Positions 26,629 through 36,900 of a DNA stretch of 64,000 nucleotides are shown piece by piece. Below the pieces are notes generated by a model. The model made no database searches. It saw only the letters and a program-made list of their open reading frames with translations, and was not told the DNA's origin. This DNA comes from an uncultured Verrucomicrobiota bacterium (GTDB lineage Bacteria; Verrucomicrobiota; Verrucomicrobiia; Limisphaerales; UBA9464), in contig CAITXU010000203.1 of the NCBI GenBank assembly GCA_903896505.1, positions 6,659 through 70,658 on the forward strand. Direction: 5' to 3'. The position numbers and the translations under genes were made by a program. Within the stretch, counting starts at the first letter, position 1. Every line of letters begins with the position of its first letter.

Positions 26629-28191
26629 TCAGACCTTGGTGATTCGGAAGCGGTCGATTTCACGGCCCCACTCGTCGATCTGCCTGAATTGCAGACTTTT
26701 TGCATCCATGTCCACCACGGTGAGGGAGTGTCGATCAGAGATCAGGCGTTCCACATACTCCACAAGGTCATCTTCGGCATGACGCCATTTTTCCGGGTTA
26801 TCGTTGCTCTGCCGGTCGTAGAGATTATTGCCGCCCGCCCCGGTGACGATATAAAGCACACCATCGGGCCTGGTCACGGTCTTGCCATCAAATCGACGGT
26901 CGACTGTAAATTTACCCGGGACCAAGCGTTTCCCACTGTTGACCTTCCTGGCTCCTGCTTCGTCGGTGGGGGAAAATCGAATCGGGCGGGTGCGCTGGTA
27001 GTTGTGCTCGTGCCCGCTCAAAACGACATCGACTCCGTGCTGTTCGAACAGTGGTGCCAGAACCCGCATGTGCTGCTCGGTAAAATGGTCATCGCCCACG
27101 TTGAAGGCCGGATGGTGGTAGACCACAAACTTCCAGGTGGCATCGGTGGCGGCCAGGTCTTTGGCAATCCAGGCATGGAGCACCGGATCGGTGGGGTCCA
27201 CATAGACGTTGGAGTCAAGACACAGGAAGTGGGCGTCCCCATAGTCGTAAGAGTAGTTCGCCATGCCCGGGTAGCGCGGCCCGGCGCAGGCTTTGAAGTG
27301 GTCCACGGCGCTGGCATCTCCCACCGCCAGTGTCGGATGGGTTGGTACCGGGCCGTTCAGTGGATAATGGAAATTGGTGTAGTAGGCACCGCCGTCGACA
27401 TGGCGGCTGAAGTCCACCACCGGTTGGTGGGTGTTGGGGTCGTTTCCGGTGAGGTCGTGGTTGGCGATCACCGAATAGTAGGGGACGGAGCGCAGGAGGG
27501 GAGCCCCAACGTGGGGCCCGGCCACGTCGGCATTGTAAACGGGAAAAAAATAGCGGGCGTACTCACCGTCCAGGCCGTTGTTGTAGACATTGTCGCCGGT
27601 GTTCATCACGAAGTCCGGACGGGCCTGATAAGCCTGATAGGCGATGGCGTGATCGCTGATGTCGCCGCAGGAATTGTCACCGAAGGAAACGAATCGCGTT
27701 TTCACCCCGCGCGGTTTGCGGGTGGTGAAGTAACCCTCGACCAGTTTTTCGCCGTTCATCCGAACCCGGTAGTGGTAGCGGCTGTTAAGCTCCAGTCCTT
27801 CCAGCGTCGCCAGATGGTTGAAGCGCCGTCCGCCCTCATCACGGTCCGCACTGAAGCGCTCCTGCCTGCTGACCACGGCCTTCCGGACTTCATGGGTCGC
27901 ACGTCCGTATTCCACATCGAAAGTCGCGCCAACACCATTGGTCTGCCAGGCCACCACCATCGACTCCTGACCGGCTCGCAGTCCGCTGGCGACCGTGCCC
28001 GGCTGGAGGTAGGGGAGCGCGGTAAAGACCGGAAGCGGCGGCAGATGGCCGGAGGCATGGCCCGGGTCAAACGAGGCGGCGAAAACGCCCCGCCGCATTG
28101 GGATCAATGCGGAAAAAGTGATGCCGCCGGCGGCTTTCAGTAATTGGCGGCGCGTGAATGAACGGGCCGGATGAGAGAAGGGCATGGGCAT
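26629..28191 (-). CDS. Tat-signal metallophosphoesterase (purple acid phosphatase-like)
   Basis: Twin-arginine motif 'FTRRQLLKAAG'. Calcineurin-like motifs 'FVSFGDNSCGD', 'NTGDNVYNNG', 'VIANHD' and 'VVLSGHEHNYQR'. The 512-aa ORF on the opposite strand (26605-28143) has no motifs. Confidence 0.9.
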   Translation of the reverse strand: MPMPFSHPARSFTRRQLLKAAGGITFSALIPMRRGVFAASFDPGHASGHLPPLPVFTALPYLQPGTVASGLRAGQESMVVAWQTNGVGATFDVEYGRATHEVRKAVVSRQERFSADRDEGGRRFNHLATLEGLELNSRYHYRVRMNGEKLVEGYFTTRKPRGVKTRFVSFGDNSCGDISDHAIAYQAYQARPDFVMNTGDNVYNNGLDGEYARYFFPVYNADVAGPHVGAPLLRSVPYYSVIANHDLTGNDPNTHQPVVDFSRHVDGGAYYTNFHYPLNGPVPTHPTLAVGDASAVDHFKACAGPRYPGMANYSYDYGDAHFLCLDSNVYVDPTDPVLHAWIAKDLAATDATWKFVVYHHPAFNVGDDHFTEQHMRVLAPLFEQHGVDVVLSGHEHNYQRTRPIRFSPTDEAGARKVNSGKRLVPGKFTVDRRFDGKTVTRPDGVLYIVTGAGGNNLYDRQSNDNPEKWRHAEDDLVEYVERLISDRHSLTVVDMDAKSLQFRQIDEWGREIDRFRITKV

Positions 28192-28373
28192 TTTTTCCTG
28201 ATCGTCTGGCGTGACCGTCGAATGAAAAGTGCAGCAGATGCAGGTTCAAAAGGACAGTGCCAGCCCGCAGAGAAGACCGTAGAGGATGGGGCGGGTCAAG
28301 AGGGATAAAGTGGGACAAGTTTCTGGTCGTAGAGGTTAACCGGACAAGGTCACGGAACCTCCAGGAACGGTGG

Positions 28374-29798
28374 TCAATTGGAATGCAATCGACATCGCAG
28401 CACGGCGATATCATCCCGGAGTGGCGGAGCATGGTTGACCGTCAGTCCTCGGATTCCAAGTTGTCCCGCAAGGAACCGTTTTGCAAAGGACAACAGTGCC
28501 ATCTGGATGGCAGCCGCAGCGTGTTCAAAACCCGGTTTGATAACTTGACCATCGTCAAAAACTTCTGCGAGTTTTAAAAGATTGTAGTGCTTTAATGTGT
28601 CCTCCATTTCACGGTCCATGGCGAGGGATTCCCGACAGGTTTCGTAAAATCGTGCTGGAAGAAGGTTCTTCGGACGGTGAAGGACGGCATCCAGCCACCG
28701 GGCAAGTGAATCCTTGAGCCGGTCGATGGAGTAGTGGTCGGGGAGCGTCACCAGGTTATGCAGCTGGGCCAATGCCTTCACCTCTTCCGGCTCGTTCATC
28801 GAGAGCAGCGCACGCAAAGGGAACCTGGCTCCGGGCGATGTGCTGTTCCAATCGGCAAAAGCGACTCCATCAGTCGTCAGCTCGATCCCGTCGCTTAGAA
28901 GTTGTGGGGTGCTGCCATAGCCGTAGACATAGAATGCCTCGGCCTCCTTGAATTGTCCGAAAGTGTGCTCAGCCTCCAATTGATCACGGCTGGGCCCCGG
29001 TTCAACCGGGCTGCGCATCGCAACCAAGGGATCGAGACCCTTCAACAGCTCAGGAATCGCCTTTTCGTGGCAATAGGCAGCTGCCAGCAGTGGGGGCACC
29101 CTACTTTGACGCAGGGATTCGTGACGTACGGAGCGTTCGAGAACGGGAAACGTCTGACCTTGCAGCGTGATCGAACCGTCCCCAAGGCCCGCCATGAGGG
29201 TCTCGCTCGGGGTGATGATTGCGAACTGCAGAGTCGTCGCCAGAAATAGATGATAGGCGTCGGTCGGGGAGAGCCCTGCCGCCGAGCTCCAGGCATGTTG
29301 TTCCAGATAGAGGACCGCATGCAGCCGACCTAGAAAATGCGGGTCAAGGATCGAACCATTGTGTTTCCCGAGAAGCGAATCCGCATGATGGACGAAGGCC
29401 CGGGCCATCCATGCGCTTCCAATGTCGGAAAATGGCACACTGCCGACCCCATCGGCACAGACGGCCAGGATTCGATCCTCGTTTTGGTCGATTATGGCAG
29501 CATCCTGGCATGGCTCTCCCAACGCGGCATGGTCCTGTCCCTGTAGGACAAACACGGAAGAACGGACGGCGGCCAGTTCGATTCTTGGTCCGCGATCAAA
29601 ACGCGGGCTGGAGATGAATCCGGACTCTTGAGCCAATTCAATTCGCCTCCTCGCTCCCATCACGCTTCGGCTCAAAAGTTCAGCTTCCTGGATGGGCAAT
29701 GGGGCGTTTTGGTGGATTGAGGAGCGCAGTTTGTCGTACTCCGGAACCTGTGCCAGGCGGGCCCGGAGGCGGTCTAACATTTCTTGATGATACCCCAT
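28374..29798 (-). CDS. PP2C-family (PP2C_2-like) protein with a long C-terminal extension
   Basis: 'GEPCQDAAII...ILAVCADGVGSVPFSDIGSAWMA' and '...ELTTDGV' fit the PF13672-type PP2C pattern. The start is either ATG 29798 (25-nt overlap with the upstream gene) or ATG 29780 (ATGTTAG overlap). The ORF track opens it at 30080, inside the upstream gene. Confidence 0.65.
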   Translation of the reverse strand: MGYHQEMLDRLRARLAQVPEYDKLRSSIHQNAPLPIQEAELLSRSVMGARRRIELAQESGFISSPRFDRGPRIELAAVRSSVFVLQGQDHAALGEPCQDAAIIDQNEDRILAVCADGVGSVPFSDIGSAWMARAFVHHADSLLGKHNGSILDPHFLGRLHAVLYLEQHAWSSAAGLSPTDAYHLFLATTLQFAIITPSETLMAGLGDGSITLQGQTFPVLERSVRHESLRQSRVPPLLAAAYCHEKAIPELLKGLDPLVAMRSPVEPGPSRDQLEAEHTFGQFKEAEAFYVYGYGSTPQLLSDGIELTTDGVAFADWNSTSPGARFPLRALLSMNEPEEVKALAQLHNLVTLPDHYSIDRLKDSLARWLDAVLHRPKNLLPARFYETCRESLAMDREMEDTLKHYNLLKLAEVFDDGQVIKPGFEHAAAAIQMALLSFAKRFLAGQLGIRGLTVNHAPPLRDDIAVLRCRLHSN

Positions 29799-32700
29799 GC
29801 GGCGCTCTCCTGTTTCAGGTGTCTCACGGCCGAAATGGGAGGCATGAAGAAATAGGTGCTGCCTTTGACTTGGACGAAGTCGCTCATGCCAGGGCAACGG
29901 TGACGAATCGGGTCCGCTTGCAAAGTGAACACAGACGGACTCGCGCCAATTCCACGATTGCTGAGGTTTTGACCCCCAATCAGCGGGTCGGCATCGGCGT
30001 GCAATGCACCTAATTGGGGATTGTTGGCCCACTGTTGCTGAATGAACTCGAATTGGCGTTCGATATTGGCGTTGAAGCAAAGAAACTGAAGGCCGCGTTG
30101 CGCGCCGTCACCGGTCCCAGGATGATCAATGAGGTCATCGATCTCGTGCTCGCTCGCGGGGTGGATGCGGAGCGGTGGGCCGTACGGTCGGCCCCGTCGA
30201 ATGATGCGGTGCAACATGGATAATCGCACTGACTCGGTGGTGTTATTTCCGAGCAGCCAGTCACGGGGATTGGTGCGTCGCACGTGCGCACCGAACGGGC
30301 AACGCTCACCCTGGATATCGGAGGGTTCGCCGCTGATATACCCAAACGTGTCCTCGTCGCTGGGCTCTTTCGGGTGCCGCATTCCGTCGGGTGATAGGAC
30401 CAGCGGCTCACCATTGGGCCAACGGCCCACCATTTTACTGGCGAGTGCCACGGGTGAAAGCCCGGCCTGGGCACTCGCCTGCTTGCAGTAACGCCAGAAC
30501 GCCGGAACGTCCTGCTCCAACTGCCGAAAGACCAGGTAGCTGCCTCCCTTGCAAAACTCGAATCCGTCGGCAGTCTTGGGGGCAAAAGTCACATTGGTGT
30601 CGCCGGTGTCCGAATGGGCATGATACCCATTCGGGAAGCCAAGCAGGAATTCCCCGGGGGCCAGATCGGTTGCCTCGTTGCTCTCGTCGGACGGGAAGTC
30701 CCTTAGGCGGGGCTGTGAAATGCCATCTCGAAAACCAAAGTGTTCTTTTCGACCGGGAAGCTGGTAGCCATCGAGATGGTCGACCACAATGCTCAGTCCA
30801 TTGGCTTTCGCTTCCGTGATATATTTATGGCGTGCCTCTTGAAGCTTCTCCTTCGTGTAGCAATACACCATCAGGAGCACGTGGACGGGAAAATCAGCAT
30901 TGCCCCACCGCCAGTTTTCCGGCGCGTTCTTGCCCACGTCGCCGAGCACCCGTGACCGGTACGGTTCATGAGAGCCCATCACGAACTCGGGAGGAAATCC
31001 GCCCAAGAGGGTGCTGTCGGCACCGAGGGCGGCAAGACCCGCGTGCGAGAAGGCCACGTTGACGAAGGTGGGCTTTTCGCTGGCGCTCTTATGGTGATGG
31101 TCATCTTTCGATCCATTTGATACCGGTGTCAGCGGGAGCTGCGAGAGCCATCGGCGTGCCTTTTCCGGGGCTTCAACCTTCAGCATCAAGAAGGCGGCGT
31201 GCTCCAGGAAGCCATAACCTTTGAGGATGATTCCCTGAATGTCGTCCAACGGCAGCGTGACCGGATTCGGCTTGGGATCCACCGCGTCTGGTGCTTCCAG
31301 CGGCGCGACGTCCTCGCCTCCCAACGTGCGAAGCCAATCGCGCGCTGGAACTCCCTTAAGATCAGTCAAGCCGCGCCGAATCATCGTATTGGCATTGACA
31401 CCCCGGATCGATTGCGCCGGATAGGCGCTAAACCAAAGGTCCGTGGGAAGTTGGTGCGCCCGTGTCCATGCCAGAAAGCTGGTCGCATTGCGTGCACCGG
31501 CGTAGATGAGGTTCTCCGTTTTGGGGTAGCCTTTCGTGTTACTCCAAATCCCGGTCAACCCGTTGCTTGCCTGATCGATGAAATCTCCCAGGTAACTTTG
31601 CCACGAATTATCGAAATTGCTGAAGAAGAGCACTCGACGCTTCTTGCCGAGGAATCCCCAATGCGCAAAGTGAATGGATGGAATGTTGCCCAGGCGACCC
31701 TTGTTGTAGCGATAGGTCACCAGGAACTGCAGGACGACGAAAACGCCCTTAATTGCCAGCAACCGAAACCAACCATCCTTCAGGTCCACCAAATGGGTGA
31801 GCTGATTCTGCAAGAATTCGTTCTCGCCAACGGAGGCCAATTCGACATGTCGCACGGACGCCTCGTTGTGCTGGGGCGCCTCCGGAACATCTGTCGCCTC
31901 TTTGTACCGCAGAATCAGGTAAAGCACCACAATGACTGGCACGGAAACGGGCAACGTCAGCAGAATGATGCCCAAAGTCAGGAGCACGACCCTGTGAATG
32001 TGCGCTTTGCCGTCGGGTTGGGGCGGAAACGGTGGAGGGATGGACACGCCCCGTGACTTGAGTTCCACGAGAATCGCTTCGCGGACCTGCTCAGGATCGG
32101 TGCCAGCCGGCGTCTTCCTGGCGACGACGTCGGCGGCCGCCTCGACGGACTCCCGAAGTTCGGCTTCCGCGAGTATCTGCGCTCGACTACGGCCCGAGGC
32201 CCCTGTGTAGAAGGTCTGCGATGGAATTTGGTGAGCTGGATCCGCCAGATAGCCAATCAGATCAGAGGCTGTGGAACCTGATTGGTACCCAACGCAATGG
32301 CCGTAGATGGTGTCCAGTCCAGCGTATGCCTTCTCCACCAACTCATTGAGGTGCGATTGTCGGGCCATCGCTTCGTCCCGCATCGGCGCACCGCTCGGGC
32401 CATCGAAGTTCGTTGAAAAGACGAGGAGAGCCGGATCGTCGTGCACCGGTGAAGCATCGATCAACACGAAACGCCCATAGTGTAACGTTTCGACCTCGTG
32501 CAATGGAAGGCTGCAGACGGTATTGCCACCACGCATGCGTCCGACGATCTCCTGATTGAACGACGCGAGTTGCGTGCGCAATTGGGGTACATCCGGTTCC
32601 AGAACCGGCACCACCACAGTCATGGTATATTGATGCGTTGGTGTGCCGGCGATTTCGGTGGTCAGAGGTGGAAGGCTGGAACCTTCGCGGACCCACATGA

Positions 32701-33502
32701 ATTTCGCGATCTTCCACACCAAGTGCCCGCCATCCTTGTCACGAGACAGCTCGATGTCGGATGCTTTTCGGTCCACCCACGGTTCGATCTTTGCCGGCAG
32801 GTCTAGTTGTTCTCCCGCCTTGATTGTCCCGTTCCGTAATTGCGCGCGGCGACGTTTGAGTCGTTCGAAGAACGGCTCTTCGCTCTGGAAGAATTCGCGA
32901 ATCAGACAGGGCGTTACATGCTTGACGCCCTGTTCATCGACCACCCCACAGAGTTCCACAAAGGCCTGCCATTGGATGTGAGCGCGGAACCGTGCACCCA
33001 GCCGACTGCGCAGGGAATCTGGCGACCGCAGACCGGTCCATGTGGAATAGAGCTCGGGAGCCTGACTTTCCACGAAAGCTGCCAGAACGCGATCGGTAAT
33101 GCGGCCATTTGTGATTTTCAGATGGACAGCAAGGCCATTGAGGTGGGCAATCAAGCGCTCCATCTGCCGGGTATCGACACCGGTTTCGACATTGAATACC
33201 CGACTCGAATAGGGGCCTTGTCCCCACCCTTTCACGCAGCCTTCGATATCCGTCTCGTCCGGCTTTGAGCCCGTCTGTTCCTGAATACCGTTACGCGCAA
33301 GCCAACTGATAATCTTCGACCAAACGCCATCGGCGAATCCCAGGCCGTCCGAGCCGAAGATATAGTCCGAGGTTTCCTTCGTAACAATGCGTTCCGGATT
33401 GCCGGAGGGCACCAAATGGCGTTCAAGTCCCGGCTTGAATGGGCATCCCCCACGGATAGGGGCAGAAACTCCCGGGTTTGGGCTCTTTTGTTCCTCGTAC
33501 AT
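29774..33502 (-). CDS. 1242-aa membrane-anchored fusion: ~750-aa N-terminal region of unknown function + C-terminal DyP-type peroxidase
   Basis: DyP half (aa ~750-1242): 'DDIQGIILKGYGF', 'EHFGFRDGISQPRLRD', 'CPFGAHVRRTNPRD', 'IIRRGRPYG' and 'GLQFLCFNANIERQFEFIQQQW'. Hydrophobic segment at aa ~503-533, 'RVVLLTLGIILLTLPVSVPVIVVLYLILRY'. The N-terminal half has paired blocks: 'LHYGRFVLI...LLVFSTNFDG' and 'IHFAHWGFL...VLFFSNFDNSWQSYLGDFID'. Confidence 0.88.
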   Translation of the reverse strand: MYEEQKSPNPGVSAPIRGGCPFKPGLERHLVPSGNPERIVTKETSDYIFGSDGLGFADGVWSKIISWLARNGIQEQTGSKPDETDIEGCVKGWGQGPYSSRVFNVETGVDTRQMERLIAHLNGLAVHLKITNGRITDRVLAAFVESQAPELYSTWTGLRSPDSLRSRLGARFRAHIQWQAFVELCGVVDEQGVKHVTPCLIREFFQSEEPFFERLKRRRAQLRNGTIKAGEQLDLPAKIEPWVDRKASDIELSRDKDGGHLVWKIAKFMWVREGSSLPPLTTEIAGTPTHQYTMTVVVPVLEPDVPQLRTQLASFNQEIVGRMRGGNTVCSLPLHEVETLHYGRFVLIDASPVHDDPALLVFSTNFDGPSGAPMRDEAMARQSHLNELVEKAYAGLDTIYGHCVGYQSGSTASDLIGYLADPAHQIPSQTFYTGASGRSRAQILAEAELRESVEAAADVVARKTPAGTDPEQVREAILVELKSRGVSIPPPFPPQPDGKAHIHRVVLLTLGIILLTLPVSVPVIVVLYLILRYKEATDVPEAPQHNEASVRHVELASVGENEFLQNQLTHLVDLKDGWFRLLAIKGVFVVLQFLVTYRYNKGRLGNIPSIHFAHWGFLGKKRRVLFFSNFDNSWQSYLGDFIDQASNGLTGIWSNTKGYPKTENLIYAGARNATSFLAWTRAHQLPTDLWFSAYPAQSIRGVNANTMIRRGLTDLKGVPARDWLRTLGGEDVAPLEAPDAVDPKPNPVTLPLDDIQGIILKGYGFLEHAAFLMLKVEAPEKARRWLSQLPLTPVSNGSKDDHHHKSASEKPTFVNVAFSHAGLAALGADSTLLGGFPPEFVMGSHEPYRSRVLGDVGKNAPENWRWGNADFPVHVLLMVYCYTKEKLQEARHKYITEAKANGLSIVVDHLDGYQLPGRKEHFGFRDGISQPRLRDFPSDESNEATDLAPGEFLLGFPNGYHAHSDTGDTNVTFAPKTADGFEFCKGGSYLVFRQLEQDVPAFWRYCKQASAQAGLSPVALASKMVGRWPNGEPLVLSPDGMRHPKEPSDEDTFGYISGEPSDIQGERCPFGAHVRRTNPRDWLLGNNTTESVRLSMLHRIIRRGRPYGPPLRIHPASEHEIDDLIDHPGTGDGAQRGLQFLCFNANIERQFEFIQQQWANNPQLGALHADADPLIGGQNLSNRGIGASPSVFTLQADPIRHRCPGMSDFVQVKGSTYFFMPPISAVRHLKQESAAWGIIKKC

Positions 33503-33531
33503 ATGAACTTAGAAAGGGATCATCCGATGCG

Positions 33532-33580
33532 GGTATTGAAACTCAAGGGTTAATCAAGGACAGTCAAGAGGTATTGAAAC
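33532..33580. promoter_or_regulatory. Phased repeat block upstream of the DyP-fusion gene (candidate operator/promoter)
   Basis: Two exact 11-bp direct repeats 'ggtattgaaac' (33532-33542 and 33570-33580) flank three 'TCAAG(G/A)' hexamers at 33543, 33554 and 33564, spaced 11 and 10 bp. The block lies 30-78 bp upstream of the ATG at 33502, in the 421-bp divergent region shared with the sensor kinase. Confidence 0.35.
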
Positions 33581-33923
33581 GAGGCCCATGCCGTTTTCTG
33601 GCGGAGTGAGATCTCTTATATCCTAAATGTAGTTGCCTGGATTCTTTGTCGTTTTGGTAGATGTGAACGGCCTCTTCCTTATCGGGCGTTAAGTCTGTCA
33701 CCATTTCCAGTTCTGATTGCGTTTGTTTATCTCAATCCGCAGACAAGGTGGCATGCGTAGGGTTGAAGGTGGGAGCTGTCCACGGTTTCAATTCGGCCTC
33801 TGGCTCGCCTTTCCTCCCACCGCCCCGGGGCACGGCTACGATCGGTTGAACCGGCTGGTGACCGTCAACACGACCGGGGAAATTTCGGTTGGATCATTCA
33901 GTCCAATTGGGGAAAATTAGCTA

Positions 33924-36900
33924 TTGAATCACTGTTTAACATGGATTCGCCTTTTTCTGGGCAGGCTGCTCTGGCTTGCAGCCGTCCTGGGCTTTTCCGT
34001 TGTCGTCGGCGAAGGAGTGTCGCTGCGGGATGAATATCTGCTGGATGTCTGGCAGGTCGAGGACGGTCTGCCGGACAACTCGGTGAATGCCATCGTTCAA
34101 ACGCCCGACGGGTACCTGTGGTTCGGCACCTTTAATGGTCTGGTTCGGTTCGATGGTCTCCGCTTCCAACGGATGGATGCCGGTGTGGCAGGGTTGGGAA
34201 GTGGTCGGGTGGTGCAACTTTTTCTTGACCGTCAGGGCGCCCTCTGGATCGCAATGGAATATGGCCAGATTGCCCGCCATAGCCGGGGCAAATTTACCGT
34301 TCTCGGGGCGGAAAACGGGTGGTCGGGGGCTCGCGCTCGATTCTTTAGTGAAGATGAGATGGGGAGATTGCTGGTTTCCAGCGTGGAGGGCGGTTTGTTT
34401 CGTTTCGATGGTCAACGCTTTCAACGTTTGTTGCCGGACGAAACCGGACCGGCCACCTATGGCTGCAACCTGTTTGGTCACTTGGCGAGCCGGCCACTCG
34501 TCCGAAGGAAGGATATTTTGGGGACCTTGGAAGGCGAACAGTGGATGCCCCTGAAGGAACCGGGAGGAATTTCCCCGTTAAAGGTTTCCGGGTGGGGGAT
34601 GAGTGGACAAGGGGGGGTATGGATGGCTACAGAGGGGCGCATCCAGTTGCTGCGGGATGGCCATTGGATCCGGGACTATGGAGTACAACCGTGGTCTACC
34701 AATAGTGCGGTCAAATTCATGCAGGAAGATTCCCAGGGGAATCTGTGGGTAGGCACCTGGGGGGAAGGGTTGTTTCGTTGTCCGCCCGGGGGTGCGTTCA
34801 GTCGCCATTCAACCCTTGATGGTTTTCCCAACGACACAATCCGCTGCTTTCTGGAAGATCGAGAAGGTAATTTATGGTTAGGGACGGATGGTGCCGGACT
34901 TATCCGCTTGAAACGGCGCGTTTTTAGGAGCTTTGATGCCCGGCATGGCCTGCCTCCTGCAGGGCTGACAACCCTGACGCAGGACACCCGGAGCGGACGA
35001 TTGCAGGGGGCTATGAAGGGCCAGGTATTCGAGTTGAGCGGAGAGCATTGGGAGTTGCTCCCCCAGGTTCCGGGCGAGGGTCCACCGTCTGCGGTTTTCT
35101 CGCTTCTGTTTGGTCGATCAGGTCGACGTTGGATCGGCACGTATGGGCAGGGGGTGTTCGCCGTTGACCCGAATGGATGGAAGCAATGGACACCTGCCCA
35201 AGGCTTGGTTTCTGCAGATGTGCTGTCGCTCTATGAGGGGCGCGGTGGTGCGATATGGATTGGCACGGAATCGGGCCTCAGTTGCCTGGACGGTGGACAA
35301 CTTGTCCCTGCCGCCACTCATGGACTTCCTTCCAATGCTGTTCGAGCGGTGACGGAGGATTCGGAGGGAAATTTATGGATTGGCTCTACCGGCGGTGGAC
35401 TAAGCCGAATGAAGGCAGGAAAAGTGACTACGTTCAAGCGGGCAGACGGTCTGCCGAACGATTCCATTCGCTCGCTCCTGGCGGACGGAGACGGCACGCT
35501 CTGGATTGGCACTTCGGGTGGAGGATTGGCTTGGATGCACGACGGATTCTTCAGTCAGTTTTCCATCGAGGAGGGGCTCCCCGACAACGAGATTGCCGTC
35601 ATTCTCGATGATACCCTGGGCCATCTTTGGTTGGGCTCGAATCATGGGGTGTTCCGGGTCGCCCGGGATGAACTGCAGGCGGTGGCCCAAGGTGGGAAAA
35701 AGAAATTGGAGGGCATCACGTATCTGGGCGGAGATGGCCTGGCATCGGCTCAAATATCGGGTGGGCACATCGCCGGACTGCGTTCGCAGGATGGACGACT
35801 CTGGTTTGCCACCAGTCGCGGGGTGAGCGTGGTGGACCCGGGGCAAATCCGGGTGAATCCACTCCCTCCAGCGGTGGAGATTGAAGAGGCTGTGGCCGAT
35901 GGAACCACCCTGTATTCCGGTGTCAGGGATGGAATCGAGATGGCGTTCATCATTCCGCCCGGCACGGCACGAACAGAATTCCATTATACGGCGTTGAGTC
36001 TTACCAATCCGGACAGGAATCGATTTCGTTTCCAGTTGGAAGGCTACGATGCCGATTGGAGCGAAGCGAGCACCCGGCGCGTTGCCCAGTATTCGAAGGT
36101 TACGCCAGGAACCTACCGTTTCCGCGTACTCGCCGCGAACAGTGATGGGGTATGGAATGAAGCGGGCGCGGCGGTCAGCGTCACGTTTTTGCCGACCTGG
36201 TGGCAGACCTGGACCTTTCGTATCGCTGCCGGGTTGCTGCCGTTGGCCGTCGTACTAGGGGCATACCATAGGCGAGTGCGGGGACTGAACCGCGCGCGGG
36301 TACAGCAGGAGGAGTTTTCCCGTCGGTTACTGGCGTCACAGGAGGTCGAACGAGCCCGGATTGCCCGCGAATTGCATGACAGTCTGGGACAAAACCTGCT
36401 GGTCATTAAAAGCCGTGTGGCCCTGGCGCAACAACAGTCCCACCAACCGCTGAAACTGGCCGAGCAACTCGCCGAAGCCGCTTTGATGACGACAGACGCG
36501 CTCCGGGAAGTCCGGGAAATTTCTCAGAATTTGCGCCCGTTTCAGATCGATGAGTTGGGATTGACCAAGGCCCTGGCGGCAATGGTGCGGAAACTTGGGG
36601 CAGCCTCCCCGATTCAATTCCAGTGCGACCTTGCAGAATTGCACGACACATTTTCCCCAGAGCACGAAATCAATTTCTATCGCATCGCACAGGAGTGCCT
36701 CAACAACGTGGTGAAACATTCCGAGGCCAACCATTGTTCAATTTCTGTCGTACGGAGTGATCGAATGGTCTGCCTCATGGTTACCGATGACGGACGGGGC
36801 TTTTCCATGTCCATCCTGCCGATGACGGGCGTACCGCAGGGTGGTTTCGGCCTGTCCAGTATCCAGGAGCGTGCCCGGACGATGTCCGCTCAGGTGGAAT

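Noticed and set aside
26605-28143. 512-aa plus-strand ORF, almost as long as the minus-strand ORF it overlaps
   Set aside because: The minus-strand product has the full metallophosphoesterase motif set and a Tat signal. The plus-strand translation has none.
33434-33460. 'PIRGGCPFKPG' at the N-terminus of the DyP fusion resembles the 'G(K)CPFH' motif at the N-terminus of KatG catalase-peroxidases
   Set aside because: A five-residue match is too short to infer homology or haem ligation. I note it only as something to examine in an alignment of homologues.
33717-33920. 67-aa ORF containing 'GHGYDRLNRLVTVNTTGE', which resembles one YD/RHS repeat. This is tempting given the TcA-like idea for the giant protein.
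   Set aside because: It is a single repeat unit in a short ORF within a promoter region. It cannot be told apart from chance or a tiny gene remnant by eye. BLASTX would settle it.
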